From the NCBI GenBank assembly GCA_040954595.2, contig CM082576.2, positions 19,391,028-19,455,027 of the forward strand: DNA of 64,000 bases. The letters run 5' to 3'. The translations under genes were made by a program, and so were the position numbers. How positions within the stretch are numbered: the stretch's first letter is position 1; each line of letters opens with the position of its first letter. The notes beneath the pieces are model-generated. The model was not told the DNA's origin. It made no database searches and saw only the letters and a list, made by a program, of their open reading frames with translations. Of the stretch, positions 1-13,300 are shown piece after piece. This DNA comes from Balanoglossus misakiensis (lineage: Eukaryota > Animalia > Hemichordata).

Positions 1-3000
1 AAAAATGACAAAATTTTCGACTTTGTAAAATCACAAAATTTCGTCGATTTTGAAAAAAATCATAGGTTCGTCGATTTTTAAAAAAAAAACATAGGTGAAA
101 ATCATCAAAAAATGACAAATTTAAAAAAAAAAACGGGTGAAAATCATCAAAAAATGACACATTTACGACTTTGCAAAATCTCAAAATTTCGTCGATTTTT
201 GAAAAAAAATCATGGGTGAAAATCATCAAAAAATGACAAATTTTCGTCTTTGCAAAATCTCAAAATTTCGTCCATTTTTGAAAAAAAATCATGGGTAAAA
301 ATCATCAAAAATGACAAATTTTCGTCTTTGCAAAATCTCAAACTTTCGTCCATTTTTAAAAAACAATCATGGGGGAAAATCATCAAAAAATGACAAATTT
401 TCGATTTTGCAAAATCTCAAAATTTCGTCGATTTTTGAAAAAAAATGTGTGAAAATCATCAAAAAATGACACATTTTCGTCGACTTTGCAAAATCTCAAA
501 ATTTCGTCGATTGTTGAAAAAAATCATGGGGGAAAATCATGAAAAAATGACAAATTTTCGACTTTGCAAAATCTCAAAATTTCGTCAATTTTGAATAAAA
601 ATCATAGGTTCGTCGATTTTTTAAAAAAAAACATGGGTGAAAATCATCAAAAAATGACAAATTTAAAAAAAAAACGGGTGAAAATCATCAAAAAATGACA
701 CATTTACGACTTTGCAAAATCTCAAAATTTCGTCGATTTTTGAAAAAAAATCATGGGTGAAAATCATCAAAAAATGACAAATTTTCGTCTTTGCAAAATC
801 TCAAAATTTCGTCCATTTTTGAAAAAAAATCATGGGTAAAAATCATCAAAAATGACAAATTTTCGTCTTTGCAAAATCTCAAACTTTCGTCCATTTTTAA
901 AAAACAATCATGGGGGAAAATCATCAAAAAATGACAAATTTTCGATTTTGCAAAATCTCAAAATTTCGTCGATTTTTGAAAAAAAATGTGTGAAAATCAT
1001 CAAAAAATGACACATTTTCGTCGACTTTGCAAAATCTCAAAATTTCGTCGATTGTTGAAAAAAATCATGGGGGAAAATCATGAAAAAATGACAAATTTTC
1101 GACTTTGCAAAATCTCAAAATTTCGTCAATTTTGAATAAAAATCATGGGTGAAAATCATCAAAAAATGACAAATTTTCGACTTTGCAAAATCTCACAATT
1201 TCTTCGATTTTTGAAAAAAAATCATGGGTGAAAATGCACCAAAAAATGAGAAATTTTCGACTTTGCAAAATCTCAAAATTTCGTCAATTTTGAAAAAAAT
1301 CATGGGTGAAAATCATCAAAAAATGACAAATTTTCGACTTTGCAAAATCTCAAAATTTCGTCGATTTTTGAAAAAAATCATGGGTGAAAATCATCAAAAA
1401 AATGACAAATTTTCGACTTTGCAAAATCTCAAAATTTCGTCAATTTTGAATAAAAATCATGGGTGAAAATCATCAAAAAATGACAAATTTTCGACTTTGC
1501 AAAATCTCACAATTTCTTCGATTTTTGAAAAAAAATCATGGGTGAAAATGCACCAAAAAATGAGAAATTTTCGACTTTGCAAAATCTCAAAATTTCGTCA
1601 ATTTTGAAAAAAATCATGGGTGAAAATCATCAAAAAATGACAAATTTTCGACTTTGCAAAATCTCAAAATTTCGTCGATTTTTGAAAAAAATCATGGGTG
1701 AAAATCATCAAAAAAATGACAAATTTTCGACTTTGCAAAATCACAAAATTTCGTCGATTTTTTAAAAAAAAACATGGGTGAAAATCATCAAAAAATGACA
1801 AATTTAAAAAAAAAACGGGTGAAAATCATCAAAAAATGACACATTTACGACTTTGCAAAATCTCAAAATTTCGTCGATTTTTGAAAAAAAATCATGGGTG
1901 AAAATCATCAAAAAATGACAAATTTTCGTCTTTGCAAAATCTCAAAATTTCGTCCATTTTTGAAAAAAAATCATGGGTAAAAATCATCAAAAATGACAAA
2001 TTTTCGTCTTTGCAAAATCTCAAACTTTCGTCCATTTTTAAAAAACAATCATGGGGGAAAATCATCAAAAAATGACAAATTTTCGTCTTTGCAAAATCTC
2101 AAATTTTCGTCGATTTTTGAAAAAAAATCATGGTTGAAAATCATCAAAAAATGACAAAATTTTCGACTTTGTAAAATCACAAAATTTCGTCGATTTTGAA
2201 AAAAATCATAGGTTCGTCGATTTTTTAAAAAAAAACATGGGTGAAAATCATCAAAAAATGACAAATTTTGAAAAAAAAACGGGTGAAAATCATCAAAAAA
2301 TGACACATTTTCGACTTTGCAAAATCTCAAAATTTCGTCGATTTTTGAAAAAAAACCGGGTGAAAATCATCAAAAAATGACAAATTTTGAAAAAAAAACG
2401 GGTGAAAATCATCAAAAAATGACACATTTTCGACTTTGTAAAATCACAAAATTTCGTCGATTTTGAAAAAAAATCATAGGTTCGTCCATTTTTTTTAAAA
2501 AAACATGGGTGAAAATCATCAAAAAATGACAAATTTTGAAAAAAAAACGGGTGAAAATCATCAAAAAATGACACATTTACGACTTTGCAAAATCTCATAA
2601 TTTCGTCGATTTTTGAAAAAAAATCATGGGTGAAAATCATCAAATAATGAAAAATTTTCGTCTTTGCAAAATCTCAAAATTTCGTCCATTTCTGAAAAAA
2701 AATTATGGGTAAAAATCATCAAAAATGACAAATTTTCATCTTTGCAAAATCTCAAATTTTCGTCGATTTTTGAAAAAAAACGGGTGAAAATCATCAAAAA
2801 ATGACACATTTTCGTCGACTTTGCAAAATCTCAAAATTTCGTCGATTTTTGAAAAAAATCATGGGGGAAAATCATGAAAAAAATGACAAATTTTCCTCTT
2901 TGCAAAATCTCAAAATTTCGTCGATTTTTAAAAAAAGACATGGGTGAAAATCATCAAAAAATAACAAATTTTCGACTTTGCAAAATCTCAAAATTTCGTC

Positions 3001-6000
3001 CATTTTTGAAAAAAAATCATGGGTAAAAATCATCAAAAAATGACAAATTTTGAAAAAAAATGGGTGAAAATCATCAAAAAATGACACATTTTCGACTTTG
3101 CAAAATCTCAAAATTTCGTCGATTTTTGAAAAAAAATCATGGGTGAAAATCATCAAAAAATGACAAATTTTCGTCTTTGCAAAATCTCAAAATTTCGTCC
3201 ATTTCTGAAAAAAAATTATGGGTAAAAATCATCAAAAATGACAAATTTTCATCTTTGCAAAATCTCAAATTTTCGTCGATTTTTGAAAAAAATCATGGTT
3301 GAAAATCATCAAAAAATGACAAATTTTCGTCTTTGCAAAATCTCAAAATTTCGTCCATTTTTGAAAAAAAAATCATGGGTAAAAATCATCAAAAATGACA
3401 AATTTTCGTCTTTGCAAAATCTCAAATTTTCGTCGATTTTTGAAAAAAAATCATGGTTGAAAATCATCAAAAAATGACAAAATTTTCGACTTTGTAAAAT
3501 CACAAAATTTCGTCGATTTTGAAAAAAATCATAGGTTCGTCGATTTTTTAAAAAAAAACATGGGTGAAAATCATCAAAAAATGACAAATTTAAAAAAAAA
3601 ACGGGTGAAAATCATCAAAAAATGACACATTTACGACTTTGCAAAATCTCAAAATTTCGTCGATTTTTGAAAAAAAATCATGGGTGAAAATCATCAAAAA
3701 ATGACAAATTTTCGTCTTTGCAAAATCTCAATATTTCGTCCATTTTTGAAAAAAAATCATGGGTAAAAATCATCAAAAATGACAAATTTTCGTCTTTGCA
3801 AAATCTCAAACTTTCGTCCATTTTTAAAAAACAATCATGGGGGAAAATCATCAAAAAATGACAAATTTTCGATTTTGCAAAATCTCAAAATTTCGTCGAT
3901 TTTTGAAAAAAAATGTGTGAAAATCATCAAAAAATGACACATTTTCGTCGACTTTGCAAAATCTCAAAATTTCGTCGATTGTTGAAAAAAATCATGGGGG
4001 AAAATCATGAAAAAATGACAAATTTTCGACTTTGCAAAATCTCAAAATTTCGTCAATTTTGAATAAAAATCATAGGTTCGTCGATTTTTTAAAAAAAAAC
4101 ATGGGTGAAAATCATCAAAAAATGACAAATTTAAAAAAAAAACGGGTGAAAATCATCAAAAAATGACACATTTACGACTTTGCAAAATCTCAAAATTTCG
4201 TCGATTTTTGAAAAAAAATCATGGGTGAAAATCATCAAAAAATGACAAATTTTCGTCTTTGCAAAATCTCAAAATTTCGTCCATTTTTGAAAAAAAATCA
4301 TGGGTAAAAATCATCAAAAATGACAAATTTTCGTCTTTGCAAAATCTCAAACTTTCGTCCATTTTTAAAAAACAATCATGGGGGAAAATCATCAAAAAAT
4401 GACAAATTTTCGATTTTGCAAAATCTCAAAATTTCGTCGATTTTTGAAAAAAAATGTGTGAAAATCATCAAAAAATGACACATTTTCGTCGACTTTGCAA
4501 AATCTCAAAATTTCGTCGATTGTTGAAAAAAATCATGGGGGAAAATCATGAAAAAATGACAAATTTTCGACTTTGCAAAATCTCAAAATTTCGTCAATTT
4601 TGAATAAAAATCATGGGTGAAAATCATCAAAAAATGACAAATTTTCGACTTTGCAAAATCTCACAATTTCTTCGATTTTTGAAAAAAAATCATGGGTGAA
4701 AATGCACCAAAAAATGAGAAATTTTCGACTTTGCAAAATCTCAAAATTTCGTCAATTTTGAAAAAAATCATGGGTGAAAATCATCAAAAAATGACAAATT
4801 TTCGACTTTGCAAAATCTCAAAATTTCGTCGATTTTTGAAAAAAATCATGGGTGAAAATCATCAAAAAAATGACAAATTTTCGACTTTGCAAAATCTCAA
4901 AATTTCGTCAATTTTGAATAAAAATCATGGGTGAAAATCATCAAAAAATGACAAATTTTCGACTTTGCAAAATCTCACAATTTCTTCGATTTTTGAAAAA
5001 AAATCATGGGTGAAAATGCACCAAAAAATGAGAAATTTTCGACTTTGCAAAATCTCAAAATTTCGTCAATTTTGAAAAAAATCATGGGTGAAAATCATCA
5101 AAAAATGACAAATTTTCGACTTTGCAAAATCTCAAAATTTCGTCGATTTTTGAAAAAAATCATGGGTGAAAATCATCAAAAAAATGACAAATTTTCGACT
5201 TTGCAAAATCACAAAATTTCGTCGATTTTTTAAAAAAAAACATGGGTGAAAATCATCAAAAAATGACAAATTTAAAAAAAAAACGGGTGAAAATCATCAA
5301 AAAATGACACATTTACGACTTTGCAAAATCTCAAAATTTCGTCGATTTTTGAAAAAAAATCATGGGTGAAAATCATCAAAAAATGACAAATTTTCGTCTT
5401 TGCAAAATCTCAAAATTTCGTCCATTTTTGAAAAAAAATCATGGGTAAAAATCATCAAAAATGACAAATTTTCGTCTTTGCAAAATCTCAAACTTTCGTC
5501 CATTTTTAAAAAACAATCATGGGGGAAAATCATCAAAAAATGACAAATTTTCGTCTTTGCAAAATCTCAAATTTTCGTCGATTTTTGAAAAAAAATCATG
5601 GTTGAAAATCATCAAAAAATGACAAAATTTTCGACTTTGTAAAATCACAAAATTTCGTCGATTTTGAAAAAAATCATAGGTTCGTCGATTTTTTAAAAAA
5701 AAACATGGGTGAAAATCATCAAAAAATGACAAATTTTGAAAAAAAAACGGGTGAAAATCATCAAAAAATGACACATTTTCGACTTTGCAAAATCTCAAAA
5801 TTTCGTCGATTTTTGAAAAAAAACCGGGTGAAAATCATCAAAAAATGACAAATTTTGAAAAAAAAACGGGTGAAAATCATCAAAAAATGACACATTTTCG
5901 ACTTTGTAAAATCACAAAATTTCGTCGATTTTGAAAAAAAATCATAGGTTCGTCCATTTTTTTTAAAAAAACATGGGTGAAAATCATCAAAAAATGACAA

Positions 6001-6447
6001 ATTTTGAAAAAAAAACGGGTGAAAATCATCAAAAAATGACACATTTACGACTTTGCAAAATCTCATAATTTCGTCGATTTTTGAAAAAAAATCATGGGTG
6101 AAAATCATCAAAAAATGAAAAATTTTCGTCTTTGCAAAATCTCAAAATTTCGTCCATTTCTGAAAAAAAATTATGGGTAAAAATCATCAAAAATGACAAA
6201 TTTTCATCTTTGCAAAATCTCAAATTTTCGTCGATTTTTGAAAAAAAATCATGGTTGAAAATCATCAAAAAATGACAAATTTTCCTCTTTGCAAAATCTC
6301 AAAATTTCGTCGATTTTTGAAAAAAAATCATGGGTGAAAATCATCAAAAAATGACAAATTTTCGTCTTTGCAAAATCTCAAAATTTCGTCCATTTTTGAA
6401 AAAAAAATCATGGGTAAAAATCATCAAAAATGACAAATTTTCGTCTT
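1..6447. repeat. AT-rich satellite DNA, ~78-bp monomer, first block (continues beyond the window start)
   Basis: Uninterrupted head-to-tail copies of GGGTGAAAATCATCAAAAAATGACAAATTTTCGACTTTGCAAAATCTCAAAATTTCGTCGATTTTTGAAAAAAATCAT (78 bp), with A-run length variants and truncated monomers. Confidence 0.98.
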
Positions 6448-9400
6448 TAGTCCGGCCGCCAGAGGGGTAAACCTTGTTTTGGCGTCTAAAGTTTTTTTTA
6501 AAGCGGATTCTGCTTGTATAGATCACCAAAGTGAAAAAAATTGTTACTGGAGCTCTGTCAGCATTGAGCAATTTGAATAAATTAGCATAATCAAAATGGC
6601 CGCCAACGTATTGCATTTTGGCTGAGAAAGAAGAGTCAAACGAACGTTATACACCCTGTAGCTTTGTTTTTATCATTTATTTCACCAAGTTGTTGCTTAA
6701 GACAAACTAGAAAATAAATGTTGCCATTTATAATGAGCTAATTTGCATAATTTCAAGATGGTGGCCATCTGTGAACCTCTGTTTTTGTTGAATAACTTTT
6801 ACATATGTATTTTGCTACGTGCAGTCATTTTAAAACATTTCTTATCACTGTTTTATAATTCTGGCCACCTTAAATAGTTTTTCACTTTGTGCTAGAGGGT
6901 AAAATCCCATAATAATTGCATTATGGGTAAAAAGTAGACAATTCACTAGAGTAATAGATAGAAGACATTATATGTTTAATGTATTTCATGACTTCCTTTG
7001 GTCAAACATTTCTGCTTTGAAGTTGACATATTAAAGTCAATCCACTTTTTTTACATTTAAAATTTTTTTTAGTTACAAAGTATCGGAATGACCGAATATC
7101 ACTTAAGCTTATGAACTCCCATTTCTTAAACATGGCAAAAACTCGGCCATCTTGGAATTGTGTCGACCAGATGAGATTTTTATTACTCACCTGGGTAGCA
7201 AAAATCTATTTAAAGTCGGGAGAATTGCAAGTACATAAATCTTCTTTCGCAAAATTAATGTTGATCATCACACATTTATCATGAGCAGCCAGGCAGGTAA
7301 TCCTTCGCCCTTTCTCAAAGGCAACATAATGCCGTCATATCCAGTCCAATAATCATTATCATACGAGGTAAAATTACCAGCTCCAAGAAATAATTGATAA
7401 TGGCAGTTGCTATATTTTATCGCCTTGAACTACTTGAAGTGGCCGTACCAGGTGTCCCGAATTGGACAACGTATCATGCGAGAATGTTACCCCAGTCAAG
7501 ATTGACCAAAAGGAACAAACTAAAGTGTAATTTACCAAAATGCCAAACTATTATTGTGAGTCAAATCCAGAAATACTGTCACTTGCCATTTGAGTGACTG
7601 ATGAGTCATATTTGGAATTACAAAGTCTCTTTAGATACCACTGAATTTCATAAATTATTCTGCGAAAGTCAGAGAATGTCTGCCTCAATTTCGTTTTAAA
7701 GGTAATAAGCTGTGTCTAATTTTAAAGTCCTCATATTAGTTGCAAACTTTACCGCATCTCGGGAGTTTTGTTTATTCATCACAAAACTTGGCAAATAATG
7801 ACTCTTGAAAAACATACATACACATTGTGAAAACATTTCGAACATTTAAAAAGGGCAAGGATACACATGGAACATCAATCAACTCATATCGTTTAAAAGC
7901 TGAATGTTTGTGCCTGTTCAACCTGCAAGCTGAAACCTTTAAAAATGAACGAGGAGGAAGTTAAACTATGGTGATAAATCATGGATGTTGAAGGATTGAT
8001 TTATGCAAGCTTTGCGAAATATCTGTTGATTATAAAAAAAACATTGCTAATTTCTAACAGGAGTGCAGATTATTTTGGAACTGCCTTGTCTTTTCCAGCA
8101 TTTTTTTACTTTTAAGGACAGATAGGCAGCAGTCAACTGAAGGAAAATGTTAGAACGCTTTAAATGAATGAATTTCCCTTTCTTATCTAAACTATGCCAA
8201 TTTCCTTTTAAAATACAAACACTGCTCTTTCTCACTACAAAATACGTGTTGGCATCCCATTTTAATGTATTATCAAAAATGGAGCCAAGGTATGTGTGAG
8301 TCGGGACAATTTCTACTTGATTTTTATAAAGGTCTTCTTGCGCATTCCTTCAGGTTTCTCAAGATGTTTCTATAAATGAATTTAAAATAAGAAGCTTAAC
8401 ATCTTCCACACCAGTTCTTTTCGAAAACGCACATCAAAGGGATAGATCGGAAGACTTTACAGTTTTATCTAGTGTTTTCAGGATAAAAGTTTGAACAGAG
8501 ATTTGAAGGTTGAAAGATCTCGTTCAGCTGATCAGTACATTATTTCGAGGCGAATCACAAATGCGATCTGGGGACCAGTGTTTGTATTTAATTTCAGTGG
8601 TTATAGTGTTATAGCTGGTTATGACTACCCGTAGGTCACATATAGTAGGATAGTTCACAATTATGAAATCGACGACTTATCTAAGGTGTTACTGGAACAT
8701 TTACAACCAATAGTTTTACATCATATTTCGTAGAGATTACATAAACTTGGCTCCATATGGATGTATAGAAAGGTAACAGGAAGTTCAGCATTCTTATTAT
8801 TTCAACATCGGTGTATTTACATTTGGCATCATTGTTGAAAAATATAGCCTGAGTTGTGTTTAATGACAATATGCTCATGCCTACGACTGCCACCAAAGAA
8901 AGCCTGTTTCATCAGTAATGTTAGTCTCTGTTGTAATGGGACAGTTTCCTTCCCATGGTGTTTATATAGGAATAGGAGGCTGTAGGTGTGTCCTGAATCA
9001 TAAGAATGTTGCTAACTTTATTCATTATATCCTTGTCTAAAATTTGGCCAATGTTTATTTTGTCCATCCCTTGTAAACAAATCTTAAAATCCCGGAAAAA
9101 AACTCATGTTGACTAATGAGATATTCTGCTCGAACATTTTTAATAGGTGTATCTTTATCCGAGATACAGATAAAGGATATGTATACGGGTGTTTCAGGAT
9201 TGCATACACTCATTTGGAAACACACAAATATGATCAGAACAATGTCTAGTACATTTTAATGTACATTTCAATGTAGTTTATTGTAGTTTAGAGAATACGT
9301 TATAATCTGCGTTTATACAGTTCAACTTTATAAAAAACAGTTAAGCTTTATTATCTCTGATCTACACTGTACTTCTAATTAGGTGTAATAAATGATATTG

Positions 9401-10395
9401 CCTGATAGTATATCAAGAAAACACTTATTTATGAATTTATGATAAAATGGCCAAAAATGAAAGGAATATCAGTATAGTGAAACATTTCCGCAAGTTTTGT
9501 GCCATGAAAAATAAAAAATCGAATGTCTCAGTGGAGTACATTTACTTCCATGTGTTCTACTGGATGAGATCATGCTTTGTTTATGAAGTTCTAAAGTGAG
9601 AAATGCAATGTTGTCATTGTATTTTGCATTTTACTACAGTGACGGCCATATTCCTTTGCGGCAAAGATTAACATTCATCTGGTTAAAACGTGTATGTAAC
9701 TCATGTTTAGGGTTTACAATACTTGTATATACGTCATGGAGCGTTAACTTATGCAAATTAGTATTTAAATATACTCAATTATGACAACTAACCTGTTTTC
9801 GCACTATAAAGGTGATTTCTATATCTCTTACATTGATAATTGAAATCATTTGGCGGCCATTTTTTATGCTAATTATCTCAAATTGCTCAACACTGACGGA
9901 GCTCCTGTAACCATTTCTTTCACTCTTATGATCTATGCAAGCAGAACCCGCTTTAAAAACTCTGATGACACTAATACAAGGTTCGTCACAAAAAGCGGAC
10001 TTGGCAGCCGGCCTGTATATTGATAATTAGAAATCATTCGGCGGCCATTTTTTTATGCTAATTATCTCAAATTGCTCAACACTGACGGAGCTCCAGTAAC
10101 CATTTCTTTCACTCTGGTGATCTATGCAAGCAGAATCCGCTTTAAAAACTCTGATGACACTAATACAAGGTTCGTCACAAAAAGCGGACTTGGCAGCCGG
10201 CCTATATATTGATAATTTGAAATCATTCGGCGGCCATTTTTTTTATGCTAATTATCTCAAATTGCTCAACACTGACGGAGCTCCAGTAACCATTTCTTTC
10301 ACTCTGGTGATCTATGCAAGCAGAATCCGCTTTAAAAAAAACTTTAGACGCCAAAACAAGGTTCGGCAAAAAAAGTGGATTTGGCGGCCGGACTA
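6448..10395. mobile_element. Non-autonomous DNA transposon, Academ-like
   Basis: Begins TAGTCCGGCCGCCA at 6448 and ends TGGCGGCCGGACTA at 10395. The ~160-bp TIRs are imperfect. A 3-bp TSD CTT sits at 6445-6447 and 10396-10398, and removing the element restores TCGTCTTTGCAAAA. 5'-TAG..CTA-3' ends with a 3-bp TSD are Academ hallmarks. There is no intact ORF inside. Confidence 0.85.
9833..10395. repeat. Three tandem ~188-bp copies of the transposon right terminus
   Basis: Units start TTGATAAT at 9833, 10020 and 10209. Each contains GGCGGCCATTTT..TATGCTAATTATCTCAAATTGCTCAACACTGACGGAGCTCC. Confidence 0.95.
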
Positions 10396-13300
10396 CTTTG
10401 CAAAATCTCAAATTTTCGTCGATTTTTGAAAAAAAATCATGGTTGAAAATCATCAAAAAATGACAAAATTTTCGACTTTGTAAAATCACAAAATTTCGTC
10501 GATTTTGAAAAAAATCATAGGTTCGTCGATTTTTTAAAAAAAAACATGGGTGAAAATCATCAAAAAATGACAAATTTAAAAAAAAAACGGGTGAAAATCA
10601 TCAAAAAATGACACATTTACGACTTTGCAAAATCTCAAAATTTCGTCGATTTTTGAAAAAAAATCATGGGTGAAAATCATCAAAAAATGACAAATTTTCG
10701 TCTTTGCAAAATCTCAAAATTTCGTCCATTTTTGAAAAAAAATCATGGGTAAAAATCATCAAAAATGACAAATTTTCGTCTTTGCAAAATCTCAAACTTT
10801 CGTCCATTTTTAAAAAACAATCATGGGGGAAAATCATCAAAAAATGACAAATTTTCGATTTTGCAAAATCTCAAAATTTCGTCGATTTTTGAAAAAAAAT
10901 GTGTGAAAATCATCAAAAAATGACACATTTTCGTCGACTTTGCAAAATCTCAAAATTTCGTCAATTTTGAATAAAAATCATGGGTGAAAATCATCAAAAA
11001 ATGACAAATTTTCGACTTTGCAAAATCTAACAATTTCGTCGATTTTTGAAAAAAAATCATTGGTGAAAATGCACCAAAAAATGAGAAATTTTCGACTTTG
11101 CAAAATCTCAAAATTTCGTCAATTTTGAAAAAAATCATGGGTGAAAATCATCAAAAAATGACAAATTTTCGACTTTGCAAAATCTCAAAATTTCGTCGAT
11201 TTTTGAAAAAAATCATGGGTGAAAATCATCAAAAAAATGACAAATTTTCGACTTTGCAAAATCTCAAAATTTCGTCGATTTTTGAAGAAAATCATGGGTG
11301 AAAATCATCAAAAAATGACAAATTTTCGACTTTGCAAAATCTCAAAATTTTTTCGATTGTTGAAAAAAATCATCGGTGAAAATCATCAAAAAATGACAAA
11401 TTTTCGACTTTGCAAAATCTCAAAATTTTGTTGATTTTTGAAAAAAAGACATGGGTGAAAATCATCAAAAAATAACAAATTTTCGACTTTGCAAAATCTC
11501 AAAATTTCGTCCATTTTTGAAAAAAAATCATGGGTAAAAATCATCAAAAAATGACAAATTTTGAAAAAAACGGGTGAAAATCATCAAAAAATGACACATT
11601 TTCGACTTTGCAAAATCTCAAAATTTCGTCGATTTTTGAAAAAAAATCATGGGTGAAAATCATCAAAAAATGACAAATTTTCGTCTTTGCAAAATCTCAA
11701 AATTTCGTCCATTTCTGAAAAAAAATTATGGGTAAAAATCATCAAAAATGACAAATTTTCATCTTTGCAAAATCTCAAATTTTCGTCGATTTTTGAAAAA
11801 AATCATGGTTGAAAATCATCAAAAAATGACAAATTTTCGTCTTTGCAAAATCTCAAAATTTCGTCCATTTTTGAAAAAAAAATCATGGGTAAAAATCATC
11901 AAAAATGACAAATTTTCGTCTTTGCAAAATCTCAAATTTTCGTCGATTTTTGAAAAAAAATCATGGTTGAAAATCATCAAAAAATGACAAAATTTTCGAC
12001 TTTGTAAAATCACAAAATTTCGTCGATTTTGAAAAAAATCATAGGTTCGTCGATTTTTTAAAAAAAAACATGGGTGAAAATCATCAAAAAATGACAAATT
12101 TAAAAAAAAAACGGGTGAAAATCATCAAAAAATGACACATTTACGACTTTGCAAAATCTCAAAATTTCGTCGATTTTTGAAAAAAAATCATGGGTGAAAA
12201 TCATCAAAAAATGACAAATTTTCGTCTTTGCAAAATCTCAAAATTTCGTCCATTTTTGAAAAAAAATCATGGGTAAAAATCATCAAAAATGACAAATTTT
12301 CGTCTTTGCAAAATCTCAAACTTTCGTCCATTTTTAAAAAACAATCATGGGGGAAAATCATCAAAAAATGACAAATTTTCGATTTTGCAAAATCTCAAAA
12401 TTTCGTCGATTTTTGAAAAAAAATGTGTGAAAATCATCAAAAAATGACACATTTTCGTCGACTTTGCAAAATCTCAAAATTTCGTCGATTGTTGAAAAAA
12501 ATCATGGGGGAAAATCATGAAAAAATGACAAATTTTCGACTTTGCAAAATCTCAAAATTTCGTCAATTTTGAATAAAAATCATAGGTTCGTCGATTTTTT
12601 AAAAAAAACATGGGTGAAAATCATCAAAAAATGACAAATTTAAAAAAAAAACGGGTGAAAATCATCAAAAAATGACACATTTACGACTTTGCAAAATCTC
12701 AAAATTTCGTCGATTTTTGAAAAAAAATCATGGGTGAAAATCATCAAAAAATGACAAATTTTCGTCTTTGCAAAATCTCAAAATTTCGTCCATTTTTGAA
12801 AAAAAATCATGGGTAAAAATCATCAAAAATGACAAATTTTCGTCTTTGCAAAATCTCAAACTTTCGTCCATTTTTAAAAAACAATCATGGGGGAAAATCA
12901 TTAAAAAAATGACAAATTTTCGATTTTGCAAAATCTCAAAATTTCGTCGATTTTTGAAAAAAAATGTGTGAAAATCATCAAAAAATGACACATTTTCGTC
13001 GACTTTGCAAAATCTCAAAATTTCGTCGATTGTTGAAAAAAATCATGGGGGAAAATCATGAAAAAATGACAAATTTTCGACTTTGCAAAATCTCAAAATT
13101 TCGTCAATTTTGAATAAAAATCATGGGTGAAAATCATCAAAAAATGACAAATTTTCGACTTTGCAAAATCTCACAATTTCTTCGATTTTTGAAAAAAAAT
13201 CATGGGTGAAAATGCACCAAAAAATGAGAAATTTTCGACTTTGCAAAATCTCAAAATTTCGTCAATTTTGAAAAAAATCATGGGTGAAAATCATCAAAAA

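Noticed and set aside
2755-2790. CENP-B box (TTCG....A..CGGG)
   Set aside because: TTCG and CGGG both occur, but about 17 bp apart rather than the required 7, and CGGG is present only in minority variants.
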